Shown piece by piece: positions 50,627-61,417 of a DNA stretch of 64,000 nucleotides. The notes below the pieces were generated by a model that saw only the letters and a program-made list of their open reading frames with translations, ran no database searches and was not told where the DNA came from. Positions within the stretch are counted from its first letter, which is position 1. Each line of letters opens with the position of its first letter. The position numbers and the translations under genes were made by a program. This DNA comes from Pocillopora verrucosa (Eukaryota): the NCBI RefSeq assembly GCF_036669915.1, contig NC_089313.1:5177331-5241330 (forward strand), read 5' to 3'.

Positions 50627-51165
50627 TGCAATTAAAATTTACTAGTAAATGTAATCATAACAAATGAATAACTGTATCTATAACTCCAAAGTTCACAGTT
50701 TTCCCCAAGCTTTGCTCTCACAAAACTGTCCTCACCTTGGAACAGATAATGTCCACAAACAAATATCCATGTATACTTCTGCGCCAAATACAAGCTATTT
50801 TTTATATATTTTTGTGCAAAATAGAGGCTACTGTGTTTCTTATATCCTTCAAATATTTTGCAACATGCACAAAAAATGTTTAAGAACAGCTTACTGTTTG
50901 CTGTGGATATTTTTTCTTTTGAGTTTTCTCTGGTATGACTTTATAAACAAACAAAAATTTCCCTTCCTTTGTAACAACCATAAAATGTTATCTTGTCTTG
51001 AATTAAATTTTGAACAAAGATTTATGGTAGTAGACATGAGGTTTGAAAATTGAGGAATGTTACTTTGGTGGTATCTTCAGATATCACCCAACTTATTTTG
51101 TAGGCTAGCACAAAAATTAATATTTTATGAATCATAAATAATAATACATCTTGTAGATACACACC

Positions 51166-51312
51166 TTTAGAGTCCCTATATCTGCCATTTTCTTGATATC
51201 AGCACCACCCCAAAGAGCACCACTGGGTATATAAATTCCATGGCTACCACTAGAAGCCTTCCACCTCAAACGGTTTTCAACATCTGAGTTTGCCAGAGCA
51301 GTTGGAGAACCC
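51166..51312 (-). CDS. ASPDH: ASPDH-like exon (VGSPTALANSDVENRLRWKASSGSHGIYIPSGALWGGADIKKMADIGTLK), approx.
   Basis: ORF 51132..51314. Human: [54 protein letters not shown]. Confidence 0.82.
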
Positions 51313-51623
51313 ACCTACCAAAAAATTAAGGAGAAAATATTAATACTAATTTTGTTCTATACAGAATACATATCTAATGTTAGACTGTTTAACTTCCCTC
51401 AATTTCTCTCTGCTTAACTCTTTACACCCTAACATCAGTATGCATAGTCGAAACCATTTAAATAGCTGGGCTTTCATCTTTTCTGAGAAAATTAGAGAGA
51501 GTTAAAAACTGCTCCTGATGCAGGGTAGGGCATCAAAATATAGCTGCATTAAGTGAAAGACAAAACATTATAAATATTTAGAGGTGACAAAAATTTAATA
51601 ATGTTAAAAGATCAGTTCCATAC

Positions 51624-51708
51624 CATGTAATCAGCAACATCAAGGAATGATTCACCAAACTCTACTGTGATTGAAGGATGTGCAACCTCAACAATCAAAT
51701 CTGAAGTC
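51624..51708 (-). CDS. ASPDH: ASPDH-like exon (RTSDLIVEVAHPSITVEFGESFLDVADYM)
   Basis: Acceptor tttacag|, donor acatg|gtatgg. Human: [28 protein letters not shown]. Confidence 0.85.
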
Positions 51709-52096
51709 CTGTAAAACCACCATTTAAAAAAAAAACCAGTTATTTTAAATCAAAATATGTATCAGGATCTGATACATGTTATGTAGAAATATTAGAAGTA
51801 TTTGATTAAAAAAATATGCTAGAGCATCAAAAATATCTGAAATGAAAAATCTTCAGCCTGAAGCTATGCCCCTTTGTGTTAGATCAAGATAACAACTTCT
51901 ACCTGATAAGTTTGAGTATTCTCATTACCTGTTTGTTGTATAACGTATAAATATTTGAGGGAGAAGTTATACGTTAATCACTTCTAGGTGTAAATGGGTT
52001 AAAACAAGATTCTGGTATCCTTTAAAGGTATTTTCACTTTTATAAGTTAAGTATTATCTCTTTTCAAACAATATAAACTTAATTTACCAAGAATAC

Positions 52097-52232
52097 CTTT
52101 CTGCAAAGGACGATAAATCTTCCAGAATGTAGCGATCATCTATTTTGTTCCGGAGAGCTTCAGAAGTTCTGTTCCAAACAAAACTGAGCTCAAGATCATC
52201 TCTCTTTAATATTTCCTCAACTAAATATTTTC
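52097..52232 (-). CDS. ASPDH: ASPDH-like exon ((G)KYLVEEILKRDDLELSFVWNRTSEALRNKIDDRYILEDLSSFAE)
   Basis: ORF 52084..52275. Acceptor ttcggtag|, donor gaaag|gtattc. Human: [48 protein letters not shown]. Confidence 0.85.
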
Positions 52233-52636
52233 CTACCGAAAAAAAAATGGAAAAAATTGTAGGTCTGTTAATCAATTACTCGACATTGAAAGCACTACAC
52301 TGTTCTCAAAGGACTTGCACGTGGTATTGTTATATTGCATATATAGCTTAGCAGTTTCTGTGCACAGTTAGGCAGAATGCACTTTAAAGCACCACTGATC
52401 ATGATCTGGTGACGATGAGATATCCTTTATGAGAAGAAAAAACTCCAAAATGAGTCGTATAAGAAAGACCTAGTGTCACTTCTATTGAAGCCTGTTGGTT
52501 CGAATTTCGTGGGTGTACGACGTTCCAGCCTAAACTACTAAAAAGAGCTCGTAGTACCTTGGAAATTAGCTGAAGTTTTAATCATTAGTTAAGATCTAAT
52601 GGTGGTAAAATCGAGTGGATATGTTAACTATCCTAC

Positions 52637-52651
52637 CTATATGTCCATATC
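52637..52651 (-). CDS. ASPDH: ASPDH-like putative 15-nt micro-exon encoding GYGHI(G), the NAD(P)-binding GxGxxG core
   Basis: cattgtag|GATATGGACATATAG|gtagga. It keeps phase 1 between exon 1 (…RRE g) and the exon at 52232 (ga aaa…). The result is …VIIVAWRRE-GYGHI-GKYLVEEIL, restoring GYGHIG against human GYGRLG. Without it the product has no GxGxxG motif. Confidence 0.5.
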   Translation of the reverse strand, partial: DMDI

Positions 52652-52783
52652 CTACAATGCCAACTCGTCTTTTCTTCTTAATGGTACAATTCATACTTTT
52701 TAAAAATTATTTTGCCAGACATTGGTCTGATGCGCTCGTTTTTGTATTTTTAAGTATGCTCTAGGATACCATATATGATGTAC

Positions 52784-52829
52784 CTTCCCGTCGCCAAGCA
52801 ACGATGATCACTCTTTTAGGGTCAGCCAT
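52784..52829 (-). CDS. ASPDH: ASPDH-like exon 1 with start codon (MADPKRVIIVAWRRE)
   Basis: ATG at 52829..52827. Donor gaag|gtacat. Human ASPDH begins MADRGPWRVGVVG…. Confidence 0.8.
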
Positions 52830-52881
52830 TTGAGTCAGGATTTGTGTCGTTTTTCTTGTTTCGACATATTCCGGAGGAAAA

Positions 52882-53025
52882 ATGCCTCCCAAGAAAAAGA
52901 AATCAGGTAAAAAGAAACTTGCAAAGATGACTGAGGAAGAGAGGCTTCTATACATGGAACAGAAAAGATTGGCAGAAGAAGAAATGAAGAAGAAAAAGGA
53001 GGACATGTTGACACAATTTTTGAAG
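52882..53025 (+). CDS. CCDC65: DRC2/CCDC65 exon 1 (MPPKKKKSGKKKLAKMTEEERLLYMEQKRLAEEEMKKKKEDMLTQFLK)
   Basis: Human CCDC65: [44 protein letters not shown]. Donor aag|gtaaat. Confidence 0.92.
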
Positions 53026-53380
53026 GTAAATCGCACAAATTGTACGTTGTATTTTTTATTCAACCTCGACATAAGTTCGCGAAACTCAGTGGCAGTTATA
53101 TTACCAGGATCTCATATATTGAAATGAATTGACGCAGTTGCAAAGTTAATCATGACAGACTGGATAATGCTACAAATTTCAACCTTACAAATTGCCAACC
53201 GTACCGATCTTTCAAATACATATTTTGAAGAAGTTTTAAAAACTTAAGTGGAGTTTACATAATTTGCTCACGCTTTCGCTCATCTCCGGAGCGTGTATCA
53301 CTGAATTAAATTGTATATTACTCTTTATGATAAATAGGATTCCGAGCAGTTTACTTGCCTCTCATGAAATAGCTTCCCCC

Positions 53381-53450
53381 CTCTCCCTCTCCCTCTCCCT
53401 CTCTCCCCCTCTCCTCCTCCCCCTCATCTCCACTTTGTTCTTTTGAGTCT
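53381..53450. repeat. CT-rich microsatellite (ctctccctctccctctccctctctccccctctcctcctccccctc) in DRC2 intron 1
   Basis: Direct reading. Confidence 0.9.
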
Positions 53451-53865
53451 TGCATTGTGATTGGTATATCAGTTCACAGGACCCCTTTATGGAAACGTCA
53501 GTCACTGCCACGGACAACAGTCTTTGTCTTGACTAACCTTAAAACCATTACTTCTACATTGAAATAATTTACTTTTAATTGAGAGATAATTTGGTTTTCT
53601 ATCAACTAACCCTAACCACAAACAGCCTGCAATTCCTTTACTTGCTCTAGTAAAGTTCTAATGCTAAAAAAGTCAGCTTAAGAAACTCTTAAGCTAAATT
53701 GTCTCGTAAAACCCCCCATCATTCAGCACCACAGTTTCCTCAGAAACTTAAGCCCCCCCTACATTTAATTAATTTTCATGTAGTTCACTTTGTTTGATAT
53801 TCCCTTACTGGTTCTACACTGTGAACAATGTCTGATAGGGGAATTTTCTTTTGTTGTTATGCTAG

Positions 53866-53947
53866 GATAAATTGATTAAAGAAGAAAAGAGCACAAAATT
53901 CAATTTGAACAAACTACAAAACCAATGGAGAGTTATCATGAGAGAAG
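53866..53947 (+). CDS. CCDC65: DRC2 exon 2 (DKLIKEEKSTKFNLNKLQNQWRVIMRE)
   Basis: Human: [27 protein letters not shown]. Acceptor gctag|, donor gaag|gtatga. Confidence 0.9.
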
Positions 53948-54681
53948 GTATGAATAAGTCATTATGACACCTTAATCAAGATATCAAAGGGAATAAAATG
54001 CTGATGGAGAATAATACAGTAACAAGGATGGGTCAAAACTTTCTAATGCACATTTCTAATATGTACTTATCTACCCAGTGATAAGGATGGAAAGGAAAAT
54101 ATTTCATTCAAGGTCATGATGTACAGACCAAGTACATGACCAAGAGACATATATTTTCCTGTCACACCTAAACAAACTCAGTCTACAGGCATCTTATCAT
54201 GTGACCACTTTTTGTTGAAGATTTCAACAAATTTTTGCAATTTAGATAGGACATGTTAAGAAACTCATAACTGTATGAAAAGCACAACTTATTTTCTTGT
54301 TTCAATGTTGGTTTTTTTTTTTGCAATGAAGCCCCACAAGGGCAGAGCTAGACAGCTTTATGCAGACTGGATAACATGCAGGACTGGACTGGTCATATGG
54401 TCATAAATTTCATTTTGTTGCATATTTACTAAGGATGCAAAACATCTCAGTAGGAGGATGGAATTCTTGTCATGCTCCTGGCAACATACTAAGATTCCAT
54501 TCATTTTAATGAAGTGACAGTTATTCATCAGTTATAATGATATCACTGATTATTTCCTTTTATTAAGCAGGTGTATATGTATACTAGATAAAAAAAGTCA
54601 CTTTGAGAATGTACAAATAAATTTAAATCATCTTTATTTTGACAATTTTGTTAAGTCTACATTTTATCATTTCTTTTTCAG

Positions 54682-54852
54682 CCAAATCACAGGAATTGAA
54701 AAAGGATATAGAGATTCTGAGTCAGACTTTTGAACGAGTGATAGATAGAAAGGAAGCAATAATCAAGTCTTTAGTAAAAGATATTGAAGAAGCTGAGGAA
54801 CAATACCAGATGGCCCTCAGAAGTCACTTGCAAAATGTTGATAGGCTTATAG
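54682..54852 (+). CDS. CCDC65: DRC2 exon 3 ([57 protein letters not shown])
   Basis: Human: …[52 protein letters not shown]. Confidence 0.92.
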
Positions 54853-55381
54853 GTAATCTGTTAACTGTAAGATTTGATAGAATAATTTTCTATTAGATCT
54901 TAAAAGTAACTAGTGTTTTAAACACGAGAGGTTAAAGAAATTTTCAGATGGGTAGAGAAATATTCTTTTACCTGTTGAATTTTTAAGAGATTGCAGGAAT
55001 AAGAGGTGCTACAGGCAGTAAATTTTACCAGTTACTACCGAGGATTGCATTAGTTTTGGTAACATGTGTGTTGCTCTCAGATTGGTTCAGAAAATTTGTG
55101 CCAACTCCTCAACCAATCAGATATAAAACTAAAACAATCATAACTTAGTATTTTGCATTTTCCCATGCATTAGGCATTTTTCTTGTTTTTACCTCAGACT
55201 TTGATTGGCCCTTCGTGATATTTCCCCCAACTTTGATTGGCTATTGCTTTGGGTTAAAGACACCACTGATCTGAAAAGGGCTCACATTCTTTTGTGAGGG
55301 GGATTTGCCTAATGCACTGATTTGCCTGTTTAGATTTGTAGACTGAATTAACATTTGGTTATCAATTTTCTGCATGTGTAG

Positions 55382-55466
55382 ACTTGCAACAGAGAAGGTT
55401 AGAAGAAGCTCAATCTGAGTATGATCAAGAGCAAGAGATCCTTAAAGAAGAATTTGATACAGAAAG
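55382..55466 (+). CDS. CCDC65: DRC2 exon 4 (DLQQRRLEEAQSEYDQEQEILKEEFDTER)
   Basis: Acceptor tgtag|, donor gaaag|gtgagt. In frame with flanking exons. Confidence 0.88.
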
Positions 55467-55833
55467 GTGAGTTAATTAAGAAATGATGACTGTTGATAAG
55501 AATTTCACCTAACTTGCATGCAACACTGTAACTAAAGCATGAAATTAAACTGATTTGTTGTGCCAAAAATAAGATGGACTGTATATCAAATCTTTGAGAC
55601 TTAAAGCACAAGTTTAAGGTTGGATAAAAGTTTGTTAGACCCACAAGATATAATTTAACACCTCTATTTTTATTATAGCCATTTCATTCTCTGTCTTTTA
55701 CTTGTTTTAATCATAACTATTTCAATTTCCTCAAATGTGATTGGTGCATTAGCTGCTTTATTTTTCACTAATTGTGCTATAGAGTCATAGGATAGTTGAC
55801 TGTAATTAAACCCTTTAATTTGACATTTAAGTC

Positions 55834-56290
55834 CAGGGCGTGAAATTTTGCCTAATACAGGCACCAATACGACTAAATTTTTCACTTTGGCGACCAAATC
55901 CTGAAAATTAGTTGCCAAATTGGCGACTAGAATGTTTCGTCATAACCTCACTTAGCGATATAGTGAATTAAAAAGATTTGCAAAGATAAATCCGCAACAA
56001 ACTTCCTCGTCAAGTTTGTTTCCAAAACGCAGCACATGCGTCTCAATCGATAACTAGACGCCATCTTAGATTTAGGTGAGCTTGAACGTTGCATATCGTT
56101 CATCCTAGTGTCCACTTTGTAGCATGTTAAAGATCTTTTCCCTAACACAATTTCTAGTACGATGACAGCGTAAAAAAAAAGGTTTTGTTTGTCTTTGAAA
56201 ATGGTGACCAACTTTTTTTTAATTGGCTACCACTTTGAAGAATTTAGGAGCCAATTGGCTATCAGAAAAAAAAATTAATTTCACGCCCTG
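55834..56290. mobile_element. hAT-like small TIR element (TIR CAGGGCGTGAAATT) nested inside another interspersed repeat, DRC2 intron 4
   Basis: 5' cagggcgtgaaattttgcc … aattaatttcacgccctg 3', flanked by direct aagtc/aagtc. It interrupts a roughly 400-bp repeat whose other copy is at about 18700-19160. The flanks 55690-55833 and 56291-56660 together match that copy. Confidence 0.55.
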
Positions 56291-56683
56291 AAGTCAGCCA
56301 ATCATACATGTACTAGGTCCACTCAGCTTAATCCACCAACCACAGTATTGATTACAATAACCATAGCAACAACCACTTACCCTACAAAACTGAGGAATTT
56401 GCTAAAATGGAGGAGTTTTTGCTTTCAACAGTGTCTCCATCAGATATATTTTCTCATCTGTGGAAATTTGGAAATTGCAGTGGTTATGATTTATTGGTAA
56501 CTGTACTTTGTGTCATCCAATTTGGTCTTTAATCATACTTGCGATTAACAAATCAGACGCCCACTTAGAGGACATCCAATTTTATTAATCACTCGTATGA
56601 TTACAGAATGAATTGGACTCCACTCAGTCACACAACCATTATTACTACATACTACTTGTTAAGTAAACAATGTGTTTCCTTAG

Positions 56684-56822
56684 AATGAAGATCATAAGCC
56701 AACAGAGAAGGGAGATGCATGACATTCAGGACATCATGTTTGCAATGGAGGAAGAGTGGAATGAACTGGAAAATGAGGCTAAGCAAGATTTTCAAAGTCT
56801 TAGAGATGAAATAAAAAACAAA
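56684..56822 (+). CDS. CCDC65: DRC2 exon 5 (MKIISQQRREMHDIQDIMFAMEEEWNELENEAKQDFQSLRDEIKNK)
   Basis: Human: [25 protein letters not shown]…LEFQSMWNDLKNM. Confidence 0.88.
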
Positions 56823-57030
56823 GTAATGCATTACATGTACTATTAATTAACTTCTATTTGCATGTTGGCATACCTTAGCATATTTTTCATTTAGTGCATA
56901 AATCAGATTACCTTGATCTGATGTGCACAGTCAGTAGCACTATACATGTATTAAGTATACCCTATTGCTACTTTTGTTTGAAATGATTTAAAAGCAGTGT
57001 ATAATAATTATTCTGGTCTTGGTTTGCTAG

Positions 57031-57105
57031 AACCTGGAGGAGAAGCATGCTCTGAGAATACAACTGGAAGGAACAGTGGAGGATTTATGGAGACAATTTC
57101 AACAG
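57031..57105 (+). CDS. CCDC65: DRC2 exon 6 (NLEEKHALRIQLEGTVEDLWRQFQQ)
   Basis: Human: [25 protein letters not shown]. Confidence 0.9.
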
Positions 57106-57464
57106 GTAAGTTTATAATTATTTCATCTTACCTCGAGTACAATTGATTGACAAATGTAAAGAAAACTTTCTTGGTCATATCCATTTTGTAACCAGTTTGA
57201 AGTGTGTTAGTGTTTTTCTTTGCTACTTTCTTGACTGTAACCTGTTCACAAAAGGTTTTTTCTCTTGAATAATATCACAGAGAAAAAGCAAATTTTAAAA
57301 GAGCTGTGGCTTCTCTCCATTTGGAGCACTTACACTCTCTGTTTGCCCTTGCATACTTATTTACTAGCACCAAAAAAAAAACAAAGAAAAACATGGATGT
57401 TGACATATTGTGTTTATTTAAAATTGTATGTACCTAGATCTTATGTGAGTTTTTGGTTTTAAAG

Positions 57465-57587
57465 GCACTCAAGAATTACAATGAAACAACAGAGGAGAGA
57501 AAATTGGCTTTTGAAAATCTCAAAGCTAAAGATGAGAAGAGTTCTTATGAAATAGAAACTCAAATGAGAAAACTGCAAAGAATACAG
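57465..57587 (+). CDS. CCDC65: DRC2 exon 7 ([41 protein letters not shown])
   Basis: Human: [41 protein letters not shown]. Confidence 0.92.
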
Positions 57588-57693
57588 GTGATTAATAATA
57601 TATTATCTTGCTGTAAAAATTTGATGGCCTCATGCTTGAATATCTACACATTTCCACAAACTATACACTTCAAAACTGACATTTGCCTTTCAG

Positions 57694-57771
57694 GACAACA
57701 TTTCTCAGCTTAAAAGTAAAATGGCAACAAATGCTAAAGAATGCGATGAAAGGAACAGACTCATAAAAGAG
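57694..57771 (+). CDS. CCDC65: DRC2 exon 8 ([26 protein letters not shown])
   Basis: Acceptor tttcag|, donor agag|gtgagt. In frame. Confidence 0.85.
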
Positions 57772-58055
57772 GTGAGTCTAAAAAAGAGTCTCAGGTACCT
57801 TGTTTTATTACCTAATTTGTGGGAATAACTTGTCAGTGTAGCTGCATAAACAGAGGAGCACTTCAGCTGTAGACCGAAACCATGATTGAAACCATGATAA
57901 TAATTATCTTTTTTTTCCATTTTTGCCCAAATATTCAAAAACTGTGCTGCTCTACAATGAGGATCAACTTGATAACATGGTTTAAGTCTTGCAGCTTATA
58001 CATCTATATTTAAACCTTGGATTAATAGTTTGTAAAAATTCTTATCTTTTCCAAG

Positions 58056-58126
58056 CAAAGAGAAGTAGTTGCTACTCAGTTCCATGAACTCAAAGCAGAA
58101 ATGAACAAAATGAGGGATTCAGAAAG
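58056..58126 (+). CDS. CCDC65: DRC2 exon 9 (QREVVATQFHELKAEMNKMRDSE(R))
   Basis: Acceptor ttccaag|, donor gaaag|gtttgt. Phase-consistent with neighbours. Confidence 0.75.
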
Positions 58127-58708
58127 GTTTGTATTCTTTCCAGTATGTGCAATAATAATTTATAAGTGGTGCTTGACATAAATAGGGAGTCAAGTATACA
58201 TGAGATAAAGATATCAAAAATGTGAATGCAACTATGAAATTGGCAGTTTGGCTGAGAATTGCAGAAGGAAGGAATTGTAATTTACACTTCTGCCGCCCTT
58301 CTTTCAGGCGTACTTACCTTTGATTTAAATGAGCACCCAAAAGCTGGCCAATTTCATCAGGGATACCAATATGAGCCCTAGATATGGGTTGATTTTAACC
58401 CTCTACGCCCTAACATCAGTATGCATATTCTCTATACTGCTCTCAGTACATTTCCTAAGGTGCTGACAAGGAGAATTTTGTCGTCAGTCAAGAGCTTCTT
58501 TAGTTAGTGATCATTTCCTTTATTCTCATGACTTTGATGTCTGATTCAAGGGTGATATCGTAAGGAGAAATTAGTTGCTAATCACTCTTAATGGTCAAAG
58601 GGTTAAAGACACAATGTAGAGTGAAAAACCCAGATTCAGATCATGATGTAGGCTTGGCCAGAAACTTGGTAATTGAGTTCTTCTAAATTTGTTCCGTTTT
58701 TCCCGTAG

Positions 58709-58779
58709 ATCACGTTTGACCCAGCTGACACTTCAAAGCAATGCAGCCATAAAAGAACTTACAAAGACCAAAGAAAGGG
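58709..58779 (+). CDS. CCDC65: DRC2 exon 10 (SRLTQLTLQSNAAIKELTKTKER)
   Basis: Human: …[24 protein letters not shown]. Confidence 0.85.
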
Positions 58780-59234
58780 TAAATATCTTACCTTTTTGTA
58801 AGGGGGCGGGGGGCGGGGGGGGAAGGGGGTTGAGAGCCCTTTTTGGGTCTTGAGACATTACTGATCTTGGCAGTTGGTATTTCTTTTTTACTCATGTAAG
58901 TTCCAAATTTGCCATATATCAAGTTCTATTTGCTCATACGATACTTTCGATATCGGTGATCCTTGATGTTTGTCACAGATGAAACTAGTAATCACTTAAG
59001 TCACTCAATCGTCTCTTAAGCTCAGTGACAGAGTATCGGAGCGCGGAATCTAAAAGTCTTGGGTTCGACTCCTCATGGAAACCCGTCCCAAGCTCATGAC
59101 AACACAAACAGCGTCTTTCTTTCCTTCGCCATCTTTCTTTCTGTAGTATAAATTTAATTAAAACTGGCGAATACCCGATGAGTCTTAAATTTAACTGTTT
59201 AGAATACAGATTAAAGTCCCCTTCACGTTTCTAG

Positions 59235-59387
59235 GGTGAATTTATCCTAAAGCTGGCTGAAATGTGCCGGAAACTGGAAACAGAGGCCGAGAAGGTGTTG
59301 CCTTTCTATGTGTCATCACTTTTACCAGAAGAGGAAGATGACGTGGCCGCTGCTATGCAGGAAGCACCCTCTGAACCACTTGCCGAG
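59235..59387 (+). CDS. CCDC65: DRC2 exon 11 (GEFILKLAEMCRKLETEAEKVLPFYVSSLLPEEEDDVAAAMQEAPSEPLAE)
   Basis: Human: [36 protein letters not shown]…. Confidence 0.9.
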
Positions 59388-59875
59388 GTAACAAAATACG
59401 CAGTTTGAACATTCATCTGTCCTATTGTTCAATTGTTGTTTAAAAAAAAAGTTAGGCTTGTACAATGGCCAATCAGAAGAACAAACTCAAAAGTAAACAC
59501 AGGCACACTTCCTCAAACGCGGGAGAACGTGGGTGACCAAGTCATGATGTTTTTTTTTTTTAAATTTTGCGTCTGATTGATTGAGAGGGTTGCGCGAGTT
59601 TTTTTAGATCAATCGCAGAGCAGAGTGTAGCAAAACCAATGTAAATCTAGATTACTTATTAATTACTAGATTCACATTTATCGTGTGTCTTTTCAGTCCA
59701 AGATCTTAGATGAAGTCAAAATGTGGTGAGAACAAAACTGAGGCACGTGAGCCACTGGGGATTGTGTCACGGTTGTTTTATCGCATTTGGACGGTGCCCA
59801 TTTAATAACGGCAAAATTAAACTGGATGGCTCTCTTCTGTTTAAGTTCTAACTATATTGAATGATTCTTTATCAG

Positions 59876-59926
59876 ATTCTACATGAGTATTCTGCATTAG
59901 AGAACTTTTGGAAGAGGTACAACAAG
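59876..59926 (+). CDS. CCDC65: DRC2 exon 12 (ILHEYSALENFWKRYNK)
   Basis: Human: …MVDYIGMENFWKRYNK. Confidence 0.9.
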
Positions 59927-60594
59927 GTAAGAAATTGATCTTCGCCCTACCAATTTGTAATGCCCAAAAAGAGGCCTCAGGCTGGAATCAAAAGTCAAGC
60001 AGTACCTAGAGCGCTTTTTTATAAGGTGTCGGTGAACTAAAACGAAAGCAATTCCCACAGCAAATCATAGCAAGAGAGAATAATGGAGCGCTTTTCGATT
60101 ACGTGTCGTCAAACCAAAACCAAAGTAATAACGACAACCAATCAGAAGAAAGGAAGATACCTTAAAGAGCCAATGAGAACTCAAAGTTAAAACAACCAAA
60201 CTGCCTATAGCGCGGGAAAACGCGGGCGACCAGGTCTTGATTAATCTTAGTTTTGAATCTCATTGGTGGAGTTAGTGACGCAAGCCCCGGACGCAAGTTT
60301 TCGAACCTAGTCAGAGCGAAGTAAAGCAAACTCAATGCAATGTCGGATTGCCTTTGACACTCAATTGAAAATTTCTTTGAAGCGCAGGACAACGCGGCAC
60401 ACCGAGTCGGGATTGGTGAAGTTTTGTTTCTGATTGGTTAAAGATAGCACGAATTTTCAGGAACTGCGGAGAAAATTACAACCAATGCAATCTCAGATTG
60501 TTTTGGATACAAATGAAAATTGTACTAATGTTTGAAATTAGAGGTTGAATTTGTTGCAGTATCAGTTACTTATCATCAGTCATGTTATTTTTAG

Positions 60595-60688
60595 GTTTTA
60601 CTTGATAAGTTAGCTCTTGATAAAGAGAAGCACACCCTTCTCCAAGAAAATCAGCAACTCAGGGCTGTCCTCAAACAGTACTTAGATG
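60595..60688 (+). CDS. CCDC65: DRC2 exon 13 (VLLDKLALDKEKHTLLQENQQLRAVLKQYLD)
   Basis: Human: [32 protein letters not shown]. Confidence 0.9.
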
Positions 60689-60923
60689 GTGAGTGTTCGT
60701 CTTTGAAAAAGCTCTAATTTTGCGTTTGATCCAGAAGTATCAACATGCTGAGTTGTCGAGAACACGCTGGTTCTCACGCAATCCTATCTTGTACAAATAT
60801 TTAGAGTAAACTCTTGATATTTTATTCAGGGACCGAGTTTACAGAGTTAGAAATCTATTCCTATTTTCACATATATAGATCATGGACCGTGTATTGATAT
60901 GGGCGTTTTGTCTTCATTTTCAG

Positions 60924-60996
60924 GAATTTCCGTGAACGACGAGATACTTAGTCAATACAACCCGCTTTTTATTGTCAATAGCAAAACCAACGTCAG
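60924..60996 (+). CDS. CCDC65: DRC2 exon 14 (GISVNDEILSQYNPLFIVNSKTNV)
   Basis: Human: [24 protein letters not shown]. Confidence 0.92.
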
Positions 60997-61329
60997 GTAT
61001 GTTTTTGTTTTTGCTTTTTATGTGTATGTGTAAGTGTGTGTGGCATTAAATCATACCAAAGTAAACGGAAGAAAACGTATTTTGGATGAATGTTTTCGAC
61101 TTAGGCCAAAGTAATCCCAAGGGTCAATCACGAGATAGGAAAATATGGCAAGCAGCCGATGAGAACTCTGGTATGAGTTGCGGCTGGATTTAGTTTTGCA
61201 TCTGATTGGTTGGACGGGTGGTACGATTTTCTTCGACCAATCATAGGGCAGAGGAAAACCAATAAATTTCCAGGCTACTTCTAACACATCATTGAAATTA
61301 CAGTCATCCTTCCCCGCTCTCTTTTACAG

Positions 61330-61417
61330 GCTGGCCATACCGGTAACTGACCCCCGCATCAAAAGATCAGGTCCTACTGTGGTGGAAGCGGCCCATGTCG
61401 TTAAGCATTCCATGTAA
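61330..61417 (+). CDS. CCDC65: DRC2 last exon ((R)LAIPVTDPRIKRSGPTVVEAAHVVKHSM*)
   Basis: Human C-terminus: …PLSIPIAHPGDKQHPTTYNIIEAAHVVSHTL*. Stop TAA at 61415-61417. Confidence 0.9.

Noticed and set aside
58980-59100. tRNA-like A box (aagctcagtgacagag) and B box (gggttcgactcc) in DRC2 intron 10
   Set aside because: No cloverleaf could be folded by hand. Probably a degraded tRNA-derived SINE. Not called.
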